A stretch of 63,999 nucleotides of DNA, the filler included, from Dirinaria sp. TL-2023a (Eukaryota), in NCBI GenBank assembly GCA_051941275.1. It is 11 parts of 11 records of this genome, joined end to end, with 100 filler letters (N's around TTAATTAATTAA, not from the genome) between each part and the next. Parts side by side here need not be neighbours in the genome. Positions count along the whole stretch, not along the records: positions 47,145 to 52,914 come from JAVEBF010001588.1; positions 53,015 to 58,781 come from JAVEBF010001589.1; positions 58,882 to 63,999 come from JAVEBF010001718.1; 8 more parts are not named here. One strand, 5' to 3'. Of this stretch, positions 48,468 to 61,471 are shown piece after piece. The position numbers and the translations under genes are program-made. The notes beneath the pieces are model-generated. The model was not told the DNA's origin. It ran no database searches and worked only from the letters and a program-made list of their open reading frames with translations. Every line of letters begins with the position of its first letter. Position 1 is the stretch's first letter.

Positions 48468-51400
48468 ATGCGAACATATTTCAACATGGAGGCCGATTCA
48501 TCCGTCCAAGGTGGAACGCACATACACCCAGTCCCGCCGCCTCTAGAGTTTCCTTTCCCTCGAAGCAGTGACGAAATCGCAGAGTCCACAGCATCGCCTG
48601 AGGCTGCAAGCGATACCGTCCCTGCTAACATCACGGGTCGTCATGAGCAGCCGTATAGCGAAGACCAAGCGATCTCCCACCCTCCCGCAGTAAACAAGAA
48701 GGCTTCCACGGCGACGGTGCCAAACGGGAGAAACGATTCGAGTAGAAATACACTGTTGCAAGGGACCAATCATCACCAGAAGCCCGACAAGGGACTTCTG
48801 CCAGCAGATGAAAAGCCGAAGAGGCCCAAACAGCCGCATTCATATACGAGTGCGAGACTGAGGAGGAACAAAAGCTCAGGAGTTGAAACAGGCGCATCTG
48901 CTTCTTGTCGACGTGGTGCTGATGATGATACATACGGGAAGTTCTCTGTAGGAAACGACGATTTCCGAACCAAGGGCAAGGTTGACAAGACGAGTGGCCG
49001 ACTTGACATTAGCATCAATGAGACCTCGAATCGTGGGTATCTGGCAAAGGCACTTGGTGCCTCGCTCCATCGTCATCTAGACTCCCGTTTCCCTCAAAAA
49101 CATACTTCCGAGCAACAGCCTCAAGCCGAACCTACAGCTTCGCAAGAAGGTGGCCTTCGAAGGCCTGACCTACATACTAAAGTATCAACTTCATTAGGTG
49201 TTCCTACAATCGATGACTTCTCGTCAATCCCTGTACTGAATATTGTTATAATGGTAATTGGTAGTCGAGGGGACATCCAGCCTTTCCTTCGCATAGGCAA
49301 GGTTCTGAAAGAGACCTACAGGCACCGAGTGAGAATTGCGACACACCCTGCATTCAAGACCTTCGTTGAGAAAGATTCGGGTCTCGAGTTTTTCTCCGTA
49401 GGTGGCGACCCGTCGGAGCTTATGTCGTTTATGGTTAAGAATCCCGGGCTTATACCTTCGATGTCGACTGTAAAATCTGGAGAGATTCGCCGCAGACGAG
49501 AGTCGATGTTCGAAATGTTCAAAGGCTTCTGGCGAGCCTGCGTCAACGCTACAGACGACGAAACTATTGTGTCTAATCGAAAGATGATGGAGGATGCTAA
49601 GCCTTTTGTCGCGGACGCGATCATTGCAAACCCACCTTCATTTGCTCATATCCATTGTGCGGAGCGTCTGGGCGTACCGTTGCATTTAATGTTCACTGTA
49701 AGAGAATCTCATTTCTAAACTACTCAACAAGACGCTAATACGATCCAATTCAGTTTCCTTACAGTCCTACCCAGCAGTTTCCACATCCTTTGGCCAACAT
49801 CAAGGCAAGTAATGTTGATGCTAATTACATTAATTTCATGTCCTATCCACTCGTGGAGATGATGACATGGCAAGGATTAGGAGATTTGGTCAATCAATTC
49901 CGTGTCAAAACTCTAGGCCTAGAACCTGTTTCGACGCTGTGGGCACCGGGTCAGCTCTTCCGCTTGAAAGTTCCATACACGTATCTTTGGTCTCCATCTC
50001 TGATACCGAAACCACCTGATTGGGGGGATGAAATCGACATTGCTGGGTTTATATTCCTCGATCTCGCATCGTCCTTCAGACCACCAGAAAGTCTCAGCAA
50101 ATTCCTTGAAAGTGGACCACCCCCAGTATATATAGGCTTTGGCAGCATTGTAATCGACGATCCGGACCAATTCACCAATCTTATCTTTGAGGCTGTTGAG
50201 AAAGCAGGTGTCAGGGCTTTGGTTAGTAAAGGATGGGGCGGTTTAGGTGGTGAAGAAAATGTACCCGACAACATCTACCTGCTTGAGAATACTCCTCATG
50301 ACTGGCTCTTTCCTCGGGTTAGTGCAGTGGTACATCACGGCGGCGCCGGCACAACCGCCATCGGTCTAAAATGCGGGATACCGACTATGATAGTGCCTTT
50401 CTTTGGGGATCAGCCATTCTGGGGAGCCATGGTATCAAAGGCGCGCGCTGGAGCTCATCGAACAATCCCGTACAAAGACCTGACCGTCGATGCACTTGCG
50501 GACGGAATCCAGCAATGTTTGACTGCTGAAGCTAAGAGCAATGCCCAAAAAATAGCGCGATCTATCGCAGAAGAAGGAGATGGCGCGCAAAATTGTGTGG
50601 AGTCTTTCCACCGCCATTTGCCATTGCGTGGAGAACCGTGTATGCGCTGTACAGTTTTCCAAGATCGCGTGGCCGTTTGGAGATTGAAGGACAGCAGACT
50701 GAGACTGTCTGCGCTTGCAGCGCAGATTTTTGTAGACAAGAAAAAGTTTAGATGGCAAGATCTAAGACTGATAAGGCACTACGATTGGAGTGATTTCGAG
50801 GGACCTGGTGAGCCTTTAACTGGCGCTGGCGCAGCTCTTGCAAATACGGCTGCTGGCTTTGTCAAAGGCGTGGGTGGTGTCCCGGTAAAATGGGCAAAGA
50901 GCCTCAAACGTCGTGAAAAGATTGAGAAGCGGCGAGAAGGAGCTGATTTAAGCTCAGGTCCTGCTACGAACAGCCAAAGCCAGCCTGGTTCGCCGAGATC
51001 ACTCCATTCACACGAGGCTGCGCAGTCCAAGGCTTACAAGGAGAAGGGTGAGCTTCCACAAGGCGGAAAGCATGGAGCAGAGCAACATCTTCCAGAGCCT
51101 AATACGCAGGGAGACATTCTTGGACCAATCCCCAGCGAGCCCAGGAGCGATGAGGACGATGCACAGAGTGACGGTTCAGAAGAGGGTATTGCACAAGAGC
51201 TTGCAGAAGAAACTAGGACCGGCATTGCTAAGTCTGGTCGCGCTCTGGCCAAAGCACCGATGGACCTTTCCCTTGCAATAGCTCAAGGTTTTCACAACGC
51301 GCCTCGCCTTTATGGCGATGAGACAGTTCGTACACCCGTCCGTATTACAGGCTTCCACTCCGGTCTCCGTGCTGCCGGTGAAGGATTTACCTTCGGCATA

Positions 51401-52273
51401 TATGACGGCGTGACTGGTCTCGTCCTCCAGCCTTATCATGGCGCCAAAGAGAACGGACCCATAGGCTTTGTACAAGGCCTCGGAAAAGGGTTTGGAGGGT
51501 TTGTACTTAAAGATTTGGCAGCCATATTCGGGCCAGTGGGGTTTACACTCAAGGGTGTGCACAAGGAGATGATTAAAAATAAGCAACCAACAGCCTTCAT
51601 AAGGCGCTCACACATCAAACAGGGTAGGAAAGACTTGGCGGCATTAGACGATGAGCAACAGAGGGAGGTGCAACAAATGATAGACACGGCGTGGAAAGTC
51701 CTCGAAGAGATCAAAAACGAACAGGACATTGTACGTTCCGAAGGAGCAATGGGTCGTATCAAGGTAAAGCGTACCAAGCGAAATCTGAATGCGCAAGGTG
51801 CTTTCGAGAGCGTGCCGAGAGCGAAGAAAGTGGTCGAAGACAGGAAAATGAATCGTTTCCTCGAGGATGAAAAGAAGCAGAATGCTGCCGAGGAAAGCAG
51901 GACCCGTGAACAGACAGAAGGCCAGAAGAAGAAGGAAAAAACGAGTCCGGGCAAGAGGAACAGACTGGTCAAATTCGAAAAGGCTGGTAATGGAAGCAAA
52001 AAGCCCCGCAGCAGCAGCGTCAAAGGCCCACCACAGGTCGACGGCGTGGTTGATGAGGAGGGGGAATCAAACCACAATACTACTGAAGATAACACAAACC
52101 CCGCCACACCGACAGAGGCTCCTCCGCAGAGTCTCTCTCACGCCAACGGCACAACTGAGCGAAGTCCATCGCCCCAGAAGGGTTCTCCCACAAGCATTCA
52201 GCGGCCTAGCAAGCACGACAGCAGCCCCGAGCGCGACGCCAGATCATCGATATACAGTTCCTATGACTCGTAA
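48468..52273 (+). CDS. Glycosyltransferase family 1, sterol 3-beta-glucosyltransferase-like (no PH/GRAM domains)
   Basis: LNIVIMVIGSRGDIQPF, HRVRIATH and IIANPPSFAHIHCAE; intron 49698-49753; UDP-sugar box PHDWLFPRVSAVVHHGGAGTTAIGL..PFFGDQPFWG. Confidence 0.92.
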
Positions 52274-52914
52274 AAAAGATCTCCCCCCCCGGCTCGGTCG
52301 TCTTCCATCATTCCTACCTGCATACGTCCTTTCAGCGCTGGCGTTTGGTGGCGATGTTGGGATCACACGCATAGCCCCGTACGCTAGATATACGCTGATG
52401 GAAGAGGCTCTGCATCAGCTTTAACGTTAGAGTTAGAAAGTAGTAGGAAGATGAAGACGAGAAAAATTAAACTCAAAATCATTCTATGCCTCAAAATGCC
52501 CTTTTGACCCCATGCCTTGAATCCCTCCCTTCCTTCTTACCCACCAAAAGATCCTAAGAAATCCCATACCTCCTAAACCCTCCCAGGTCAATCCCATCCA
52601 TTGCCCCCCCCCCAAAACAAAAAAAGCCCCAGCTAGATCCCCATCCTACGGTCTTAAAGTAGAGTAGTGAGTGGATGTAACTATGTATGTAACGCAGCCT
52701 TCAGTAAAATCAATCAAATCAATGTCAAAGAATATCAAGCGTAATAGCCCTAACCCCTTCTCTCTCTCCCTCTCTCTCCTTTTCCGATCTTCTTATCATT
52801 TGTCAGTTATCATGGTTCTCTCTTACGTAACATCTAACGTTCAACGTCAACTTTTTTTAAGATAACACAGCACACCGCCCCCGGGCCATGGTACTTTTTT
52901 TTTTTTTTTTTTTT

Positions 52915-53014
52915 NNNNNNNNNNNNNNNNNNNNNNNNNNNNNNNNNNNNNNNNNNNNTTAATTAATTAANNNNNNNNNNNNNNNNNNNNNNNNNNNNNN
53001 NNNNNNNNNNNNNN
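52915..53014. other. Artificial contig-joining spacer
   Basis: N44-TTAATTAATTAA-N44. Confidence 0.99.
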
Positions 53015-55691
53015 ATAGTGGATATTGTTTTGTATGTTAAATGTGGGAGTTTGGGGATGAGGTCTCTCTTCTCTATGGAAGTGGTTTATCGTAGGTAAGG
53101 AACGTAAGGGGAGGTATGTTCTTGGTTACGTCATCACGGGCTGTTCTATGTTTTAAGTGAAGGTAGGGATCCTATTTATTTTACTTATTTTACTGAGACT
53201 GCCAACACTGCGGTTTTAATTTTTTTAATTTCGCTTGCGATACACGAAAAAAAAACATGGGGGGAGAATTAAGGGGAATGAAGGATTTTGCGTGATGGGA
53301 ATCTGGTCGCGAAAGAATCGGAAATACTTTATAGAGTTTATAGAGGGATATTATTCTAGTGGGATTGATTGGGGGGTTCTTTCTTTCTTTCTTCTTCGGC
53401 GGCGCGGCGCAATTGAGGTGTGGAATTTTGAAAGCCGACTTTCATCTGATTAATGTTCGTTCAAATGTAGATCAATGGGAACTTGGAATTGCATTCGGGC
53501 TACATCAAATCGAGATAGATGAATTGTGGCGGGAACGGACACCGAAGGCATTGGCCGAAAGTACTACTACTTGGTGCTTCTTTAGAATCAGTCGAGCATT
53601 CCGAAGCTCATAGTACCATAATTGGTTCAGCAGCTGGCTAGGGAACGTCGCTACTTCGATCTATACTAATTATTACGAAGTGGCCTTGCCCGACTAAGTA
53701 AGGAAAAGTGTCTAGATGGCTACTGTAGGGTTGCATAGCGTTTGACCGCACTGTCATCTTCTGTACACACATGAGGCATCTCAGATTGCATGTCGGTATA
53801 TTATCCCGCCTTATACAGGGCAGGGTCTTTTCTTGACATGTCACCTCGTACACATCATCAGCTGTCAGTCATTAGACATTCAAAGCATTTCTAAAGCTGA
53901 AGGGGGTTCTCGACAACGGTGAAGGAATCATCGGCGCCATGCTGGTCCTTAGGGCCATGATTAAAGCGTCATAGACGCTGATCTAGTTGGAGATATTGCC
54001 AAGTGCAGACAGAACATAGAGGTTACGACAGCAGCTGGAGTCGCAGAGGTCGGTGGATGCCCACTCCCTACCGTTTGACGAGCAGCAACACTACACAGCG
54101 ACTCCACGAAAGCTGAAATCCCCGCTGGTTCAAGTCACGTTTTGCCTCCCAGATGATTGGTTTTCTCATATGGTTGGTCAAAGACGTCATTTCGTAGTCC
54201 GTGGAAGCTTTTTCTTGAATATGAGGAAGCCGCTTGTTACCTGCTTGAGGCTCAGATCATCTGAGAAGTGTTTGCAAGCGACTACTGACCCAAAATATTT
54301 TCCTCTTAACTCCCGCCCTTGATTACTCCTTCCCCCTTCTGTTGCAAAGCCTGTGCGATGCCCAGCAGTGCTTGATGGTGTTTTCCGTTGGGAGTTCGGC
54401 TAATTCGCGCGAGAGCGGGATCGCACATGTTTGTATGGGATGTTACGAGAGAAGTCGTCAATGGCTCCCTAACGATGTATATTCAAAGGTTCAGGCCAGG
54501 TCAGGCGCAGGGATTCGGAGTCCGGTTAGTAATCTAGCACGGACCGCGACGTTAGCAAAGCTTAACACTTCGAAGGGGTCTGAAGCGTCGGGATTATTGA
54601 TGTAGGGTCCTGTCCGCCACATTCCCAACTGGACGGGCTGTATCTGAATAGTATACAGATGCTCCATTCACAGACGCTGCCTCGACAACGACTCAAGATG
54701 CCATAAGCCCGAAGCATTGCGAATTTAGACCAGCATTGATGAGTGCTATAAGCAGAGTAGCATATATTGCTACCGCAAAAGAGAATACGTTTGACGATCG
54801 GACATGATGAAAAAAAAAAAATAGGGGCCTTGGCTTAAGTATGGAAACCAGGAGCCGGTGGTTCAAGAAGAAGCCATTCCTATAAGCTGGTTATGAAGCT
54901 AAATGGACTGGATGTCGGCAAGAGTCCAGATACCGAGCATAGACACTCATTCCACCCAGTATATCGTAGGAATGATGTTCATTTGCGTCTGGCCGTTGTT
55001 ATTCTCTACAGCTTTGAGAGACTCTGTTTCTGATTCTTGTCTTCGATGGTATTTCTTTCCCGTTTGCACTACTGTGTTGAAAAGGATGCTCCCCGCCAGT
55101 ATACGGTTTACAGCCATGGTTCCATTTCAGCCAGGAATAATGAAGTGAGGTGTACGTAGAACATTGTAAATCTAGAGAGGAATAGGTAAGGTAAGCTGGT
55201 AAGAGTACGAGTACGGCAATTTCGGCAGTCGGAAGTGCCGGGTTCGCGGAGATTTGCCGGAGTTTATTTACCTTGATTTGAGCGCGGGAACCCCGGGACC
55301 TGAACAATAATCTATAAGGTAAGTCTCAATATACTTTACGCCGTCGCTCTGTAGTTTCGTTGCAGTGTAGCGATAGGTGGACGACGTGACTTGACGTCTT
55401 CTACGTACAGGTACAGTCAAGGTATTCTCCTCTTCGCTGAATAATTAACATTCACCCCACGCCCATGGAGTGCATTGGCAAATGGGTTCATTTTGCGTCG
55501 GACCCTCGTCAAGCACACGAGTTGCAAATAAACGCTAGATCCTTTCATCACAGAGATGGAGTGTCCTAACCCGCCTCACTACTGAAAATTGTGACTGGAC
55601 TGGCGTGTTCCGTTCCCAGATATCCTGAAGAATACGGCCGCTTAATGACTCTTTACATGCACTACCTCCAAATCACAATTTGAAGGGTACC

Positions 55692-58320
55692 ATGGCGCAG
55701 AATAATTCAGGTCCATCGGATCCTAGCTTGACAGGCTCCCTACTTGTCCCTTCGGACCCCGAAAAGGCTTTGTTGGCTCCATGTAGACAACACAGGAAAT
55801 CACTGAACCGTAAAGAAGATGAGATGGCCAACTCTACTGGAATTGCCCAGACGCGGCTGAGAGACTCTTCGAACCCTGTTCCAAAGCCAATTACTAATGA
55901 CCTAGTAAGCTCTGAAAGAGGACACACCAGCGGCATTGGGAGCGATAGCACTGCCATTCGAAACGATAGTCTGAAGTACCAAGGGCGCTCCCAGCATGAG
56001 ACCTCGGAGAAGGCCTTTGAGGTCGCTTTCGACGGCATTGACGACCCTATGAATCCGAAGTGCATGCATAAAGCGAGAAAGTGGCTAATCGTATCAATTG
56101 CTTCGATGAGTTCGACCTGCGTAACATGTGCGTCGTCGCTCTATACGTCGACGTACGCGCAGATCCAACCAGAGTTTAATTGTGGCCGGATCGTTGCGAC
56201 CCTTGGGTTGAGTATTTTCGTCGTTGGACTTGGTATGTTGTATTTGCTCTGCCTGTCATTAGCATCAAAAGTATCTAGTGATCGCGACACATGTTTTCGA
56301 AAATGGTACTTCGTAATGCTTGGTGCAAACCTTCCAAGATTACCTTAACACTGACTGCGAAGTGACATAGGTCTTGGACCTATGCTATTAGGCCCAGTAA
56401 GTCTTTCGACCCCGTTCAATGCAGGCCTAAAGCCATGCCTCGGTAGATGGCTTCCCCTCCGCTCAACCCTTTGCTGATATCTGCATCTTCACAGCTCTCG
56501 GAATTCTATGGAAGGCGGATCATTTACATCGTGTCATTTACATTCTTCCTGATCTGGCTCATATCATGCGCCGTCGCGCAGAACATAGAGACCATGCTTG
56601 TTGCTCGCTTTTTGGATGGGTTTGCGGGTAGTGCCTTCCTTTCGGTTGCTGGTGGTACTGTGGGTGACATGTTCTCCCACCACGAGTTGCAGGCGCCAAT
56701 GATGATCTTCACTGCATCGCCATTTATTGGACCACCAATCGGACCGCTCATTGGCGACTTTGTTAACCAATACGCATCATGGCGCTGGTCATACTACCTC
56801 TTACTGATCTGGGCAGCCATAATGCTCGCTCTCATTATCTTCTTTATCCCAGAGACCTATCACCCAGTGGTGTTGCGACGTAAAGCGTTCCAGATCAGGA
56901 GGGAAACAGGCGATGAACGCTGGCATGGCCCCATCGAGAAGATGCATCGGTCGATCACGCAAACTGTCATCAGGTCTTGCTACAGACCATTCATGCTTCT
57001 GACACTAGAGCCTATGTGCCTGAATTTGTGCCTCTTCTCGGCGATCCTCCTTGGCGTGCTGTATCTGTGGTTCGGGGCTTTCGAACTTGTATTCGAGCAG
57101 AATTACGGGTTTGCGCTGTGGCAAGTAGGATTGACATATCTAGGGATCTTCATCGGAATATTGATTGCCATTGCCAGTGGGGTCTTATGGCGCCGGCATT
57201 ATCTCCGACTAGTGCAGGATCGAGAGAAGCGAGGTGGAGATCCAGGGGGCTCAGAGCCTGAGTACCGGCTACCTCCCGCAATCGCAGGTGGGATACTTGT
57301 ACCGATAGGGCTCTTTTGGTAAGGGACGATCGGCACACGAGCAAAGCCCAACAGCTGACGATCCGTACCAAGGTTCGGATGGACCAGCTATCCTTCAGTT
57401 CATGTAAGTCTCCACGCTTGACATGTTCACGAACTACTTTGTAGGGAAGCGGACATCTAACAATGGCCTAGTGGTGAGATCACTACCGAACATTGCGGAA
57501 GTTAAATGGCGCTACCATGTGTCGCTGTGGCTTGACCGTTTGCACAAACCCAGCAGGACCCGGATTTGGCAATCTGCCAACGCCGCTAGAGGTCGTCGAG
57601 CCATCCCAGCGGAGTCTTTCATCCTGAATAACAGCAATACCGTCTTCATTTACTCACTTGCTCGTGCGAATGTCCTGCTAAGACTGCTCAACAGGATAGT
57701 ACCTATTCTGGGGTCGGCCCTATTCGGCTGCGGTAGGTTGGGCCGTCTCACATTCGAAAGCTTAAGTTGACCTGCCCTGGCAACAAGAACGGCTGCTGAA
57801 AAGTATGATCTCAGGGATGATTCTCGTCTTCTCAGGCGTCTTCACCTTCCTCGTCGACGCTTATCCTCTCTACGCCGCATCGGCTCTAGCAGCCAACAGT
57901 TTTGTTCGAAGCAGTTTCGCAGCCGCTTTCCCATTGTTTGGCGTTCAGAGTAAGTCGAGTCGCCCTTTTGCAGCATATGCACGCCACAGGCTCACGTTGG
58001 CGGGTCTCCCGTTATCAGTGTACAATCGACTTGGTTGGTGGCACTCGTAGCCCCCTTTTGTGAAAGTTAATTTCCTGACTTATCACCACATCCTGTCAGG
58101 CTACCAGTGGGCGACAGCCGTCTTGGCATTCCTGACCGTGGCAATGGCGCCATTCCCGTACGTCCCCCCGCTGGCAGAGCAGCAGTCTTGCCTAATCTCC
58201 TGATCTGTACCAAAAGCGTACGAAGGCTAAAAAAACCCATCGACTTTTTTTTTTTTCAGATACCTTTTCTTCAGGTACGGAAAGCGAATACGGGGCAGGA
58301 GCCGGTTCGCGGCCGGGTGA
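55692..58320 (+). CDS. MFS multidrug transporter (DHA1 family), about nine exons
   Basis: DDPMNPKCM..RKWLIV, GPMLLGP/LSEFYGRR, GGTVGDMF, PETYHPVVLRRKA, EPEYRLPP, YLVD-type FLVDAYPLYAASALAANSFVRS and C-terminal FFRYGKRIRGRSRFA. Some exon boundaries are approximate. Confidence 0.9.
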
Positions 58321-58781
58321 TTATAATTCAGATAATCTGCCGCTGTCAGGCCTCGTCCAATGCCATGACCGCGCTCGGTAGTTGGGTCGTAGTAGCCATA
58401 GGTAGTCCGCAGTGAGGTCGTTGTAGTCGTACCAGTGACATGAATGACATTAATGCCAGTGCTTGTGCCCGTCCACCTGGGGGCGCATAAGGATAGTGCC
58501 TTTCACGACGTCGGTTGACGGAACGCCAGGGAAGCGGTCGATGGAAGGGTTCTAGACCTCGCAATCTCGCACAGAGTGCGTCATGCTCGCCCAGTTGCTC
58601 GCTGTTCCCCGCTCGCGATGCGCGAACGCAAGCTGGGACAGCGCTCAACGCCGTGTGATGATCAGCGTGATCCATGCAACCTCGCGCGATCACCGACGCG
58701 GGCGACTCAGCGAGGCTTGAAGATTGGGACCATTGGGGTGCTGTGGGCCATTTATGCCGCCAAGGGTGAAGGGGGGGAAGG

Positions 58782-58881
58782 NNNNNNNNNNNNNNNNNNN
58801 NNNNNNNNNNNNNNNNNNNNNNNNNTTAATTAATTAANNNNNNNNNNNNNNNNNNNNNNNNNNNNNNNNNNNNNNNNNNNN
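58782..58881. other. Artificial contig-joining spacer
   Basis: N44-TTAATTAATTAA-N44. Confidence 0.99.
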
Positions 58882-60245
58882 ATTCCCGCCTGGACCAAGC
58901 ACTCTGTCAACCGACACCCCTTCCCCACAGTCGCTTTCTTCCCGACCACGCACTCCGCAAGCACACACCCGTCCTCCACCACCGCGCCGTCCAGGACCAC
59001 ACACCTGGTCAACCGCACGCGGTGCCCGATGGCGCAGCTGGCGCCCACGACGGTTTCTTTGAGCGTGGCCTGCGGCGCGATGGTGCTGGAGGGTCCGATC
59101 AGGCAGGTTGGGTCCGCGATGGAGGCGGTGGGGGCGATGGTTGCGAGGGGGGAGCGTGCGTGTTCGAAGGCGTGCGGGTGTGGTGATGGTATCGTTGTTG
59201 TTGTTTCTGGGAGAGGGGGCAGAGATGCGAGGTAGAGCGATGTGCGGAGGAGTTGGTCTGGTGTGTCGACTCTTTGGATTAAGGTTGAGGAGGTTGCAGG
59301 GTGGATGTAAGCGAGCATCGGCGGGACACGGTTGTCCGGGAACTGCAGTTTTGGGGCGAGACCGCGCTGCCAGGTCGCTTTCGCCCACCAGCCGACGAGG
59401 TCTTCGCCGATGGTCTGCAGCTGCGGGTTCTGCCCCGCGTAGGCGAGGGTCCAGTGCGGGAAGATGTAGATGTGTGCGTCGCGGTGGGCGGTCAGCATGC
59501 GCGTCCGAGGATGTTTCCGGATGAGACCCTGCCGGATCGGGAGCGACTCTCCTTGCGCGGAGATCTTGTCGTTCAGGGTGTCCGTCGTCATGGTGTTGAG
59601 GAGCTGCGCGGTTTGGGGTCGGAGAGAGCTCGATGCAGGCGGCGGGACGGCGGGTTTGAGTAAGGGCGCCGTGATGACGAAGTCCGTCTCTGTGCCTTTG
59701 ACGTGATGGATCCCTTTCGTGTCGTACCATACGCCTAAACCGCTCGTTCTTCGTGCTTCTTCGGGCACTATGCTGGGTTCCTTGCCTAGGGTTTCGGATA
59801 TGCGTAAGGGATCTTGATAGATCATCCATTGATCGAGGAGGGACTCCGCGGGGAGCTCGCACACGAGATCGCACGGTAAGACCAGGAAGTCGCCGGTGAT
59901 TTCCTTCGCGATCTCGGGGAGCCGGAGAATCGAGCCGGTGGGTGTGTCATCGTCGAGGGACTCGGGACTGAGGATATCTGGTTTGGGGGACAGAGACGAG
60001 AGGTACGGGTTCTGGGCCAGTCCGTCTTGGAGCGCTTTTGATAGCGACGGTGGGGTGACGAGCGTTACGTCCGTGATCCCGGCGCGGTGACACCAATCCA
60101 CGGCATACCATAGCATGGGTCGGTTGGCGATCGGGAGAAGAGCTTTGGGTTCGTCGGCCGTCAGGACTTCCAGGTTGATTCCCGGGCCGCAAAGAACGAG
60201 GGCCTGGAGGCCTAGGGAGCGAGGAATTGCCGTTGCGTGAGGCAT
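58882..60245 (-). CDS. GCD1: Translation initiation factor eIF2B subunit gamma; 3'-truncated
   Basis: MPHA..GLQALVLCGPG, PKALLPIANRPMLWY, DFLVLPCDLVCEL and HRDAHIYIFPHW, then C-terminal left-handed beta-helix hexapeptide repeats (TVVGASCAIGHRVRLTRCVVLDGAVV). Confidence 0.9.
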
Positions 60246-61471
60246 GGCTGGCGATCTCTCGGCGAAGAAGCAGAAGGCCTTTCTAGAAGTAAGATTACAT
60301 TCCTGTTGTAATAAGTAGTCCAGCTCTATACAATTGCGAGCCCGCGGGCGATGCCAAGATTCTATGTCTTGGCGCTGGGCTCCAGCCCCCTGTGGCTGCA
60401 GCGCCACTAGCACTAGCACTAGCACACCATGGGTTCTTATCTCTTACTTCATAGGTGTGATTTGCTGCAACGCTCTTGTACATGTTGAAGAATAAAATCA
60501 ACCTGTACTGCACTGCACTGCATTGCTTCTATATTCAGAGGAGAAGGAATAGAGTAACCCGGCTGTTTCACCAAACCTGTTTTACTGGAGAAAGAAAACA
60601 TTGATGTAGCTCCATTCAAAATTGAGTGAAGTCATGGCGAATTCAGCAAACAAAGCCTGGCAAAGCGCTGGAACTTCCTTAAAGAGATGTTTCACTGGTA
60701 GTGGGTTCGATGCCTGCCCAGCGACAACGGCCTTTTTTCGGGAGCCACGGCCAGCCATGAAGTACAGAATAGATCATGAAGGAATCAGCCCTGTGATCAT
60801 TTCTGACCGAGTCCTTCGCGAAAAAGCAACATGAGCACATCGAACGTGAGAGAGATACTTTGCCACCAAAGAAATTGCGCCTACCAGCGCCGTAATTTCG
60901 AGATCCACATCAGTTTAATCCTCTGCCAAGAATGTCATGAATCGGATTAATACTATTCTTCCACTCTGAGCAAGGAATGCAAGGGTTGAATATGTGACCC
61001 GATGCAAGCTCGGCATTTCTGTTTGGAGAAGAGGCTGGGGCGAGCCAATCGAGATTTTCCGTACAATTCATTGGCTAGCGAGATTTCAGCTGATATGTAC
61101 GTACATGGTTGCTGTAGACGCCTTTACCGCACGGTCTCGAGGATTATTTTCCCACGCCACGCACGGCACGAAGATGGATGCAAACAGGTGATAATAACTA
61201 ACATATGCGGCGTACTATGCGTTCTGTCACTTACAAAGCGTGTTTGGAGTAGACTCCATAAGAATGCTGGTCGTTTTCGAAAATCTGCCATTATGATACG
61301 GCAACCATTTAAAGGAAGGCGTTAGAAAACAGCAGCACTTCGCAGCTTTGGCTCTGAAATGGTCTTTCCATTAAACGTTGACAGTTCCATCGTTCAGTCG
61401 TGTTTTCTCCTTCCTGCCTTCATACTTTGATATCTTAGACAACGTCATCCATCTCATGCGAGCAAAACAGC

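Noticed and set aside
53015..55690. Short ORFs upstream of the MFS transporter
   Set aside because: No motif support and no coherent exon chain.
5826..58881. Regularly spaced TTAATTAATTAA repeats about every 5.9 kb as a biological periodic element or CRISPR-like array
   Set aside because: Each copy is embedded in exactly 44+44 Ns and gives stops in all six frames. It is an assembly linker.
58834..59874. 346-aa alternative-frame ORF overlapping GCD1, and similar long shadow ORFs (7134-7787, 9962-10582, 11058-11789, 38833-39507, 51436-52107)
   Set aside because: They are off-frame or antisense shadows of well-supported, often GC-rich genes and show no recognisable motifs.
60246..60425. N-terminal extension of GCD1 resembling a signal peptide (MLVLVLVAL)
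   Set aside because: It begins at a non-ATG codon, and the hydrophobic run comes from a (TAGCAC)n microsatellite. The family-typical start is MPHA at 60245.
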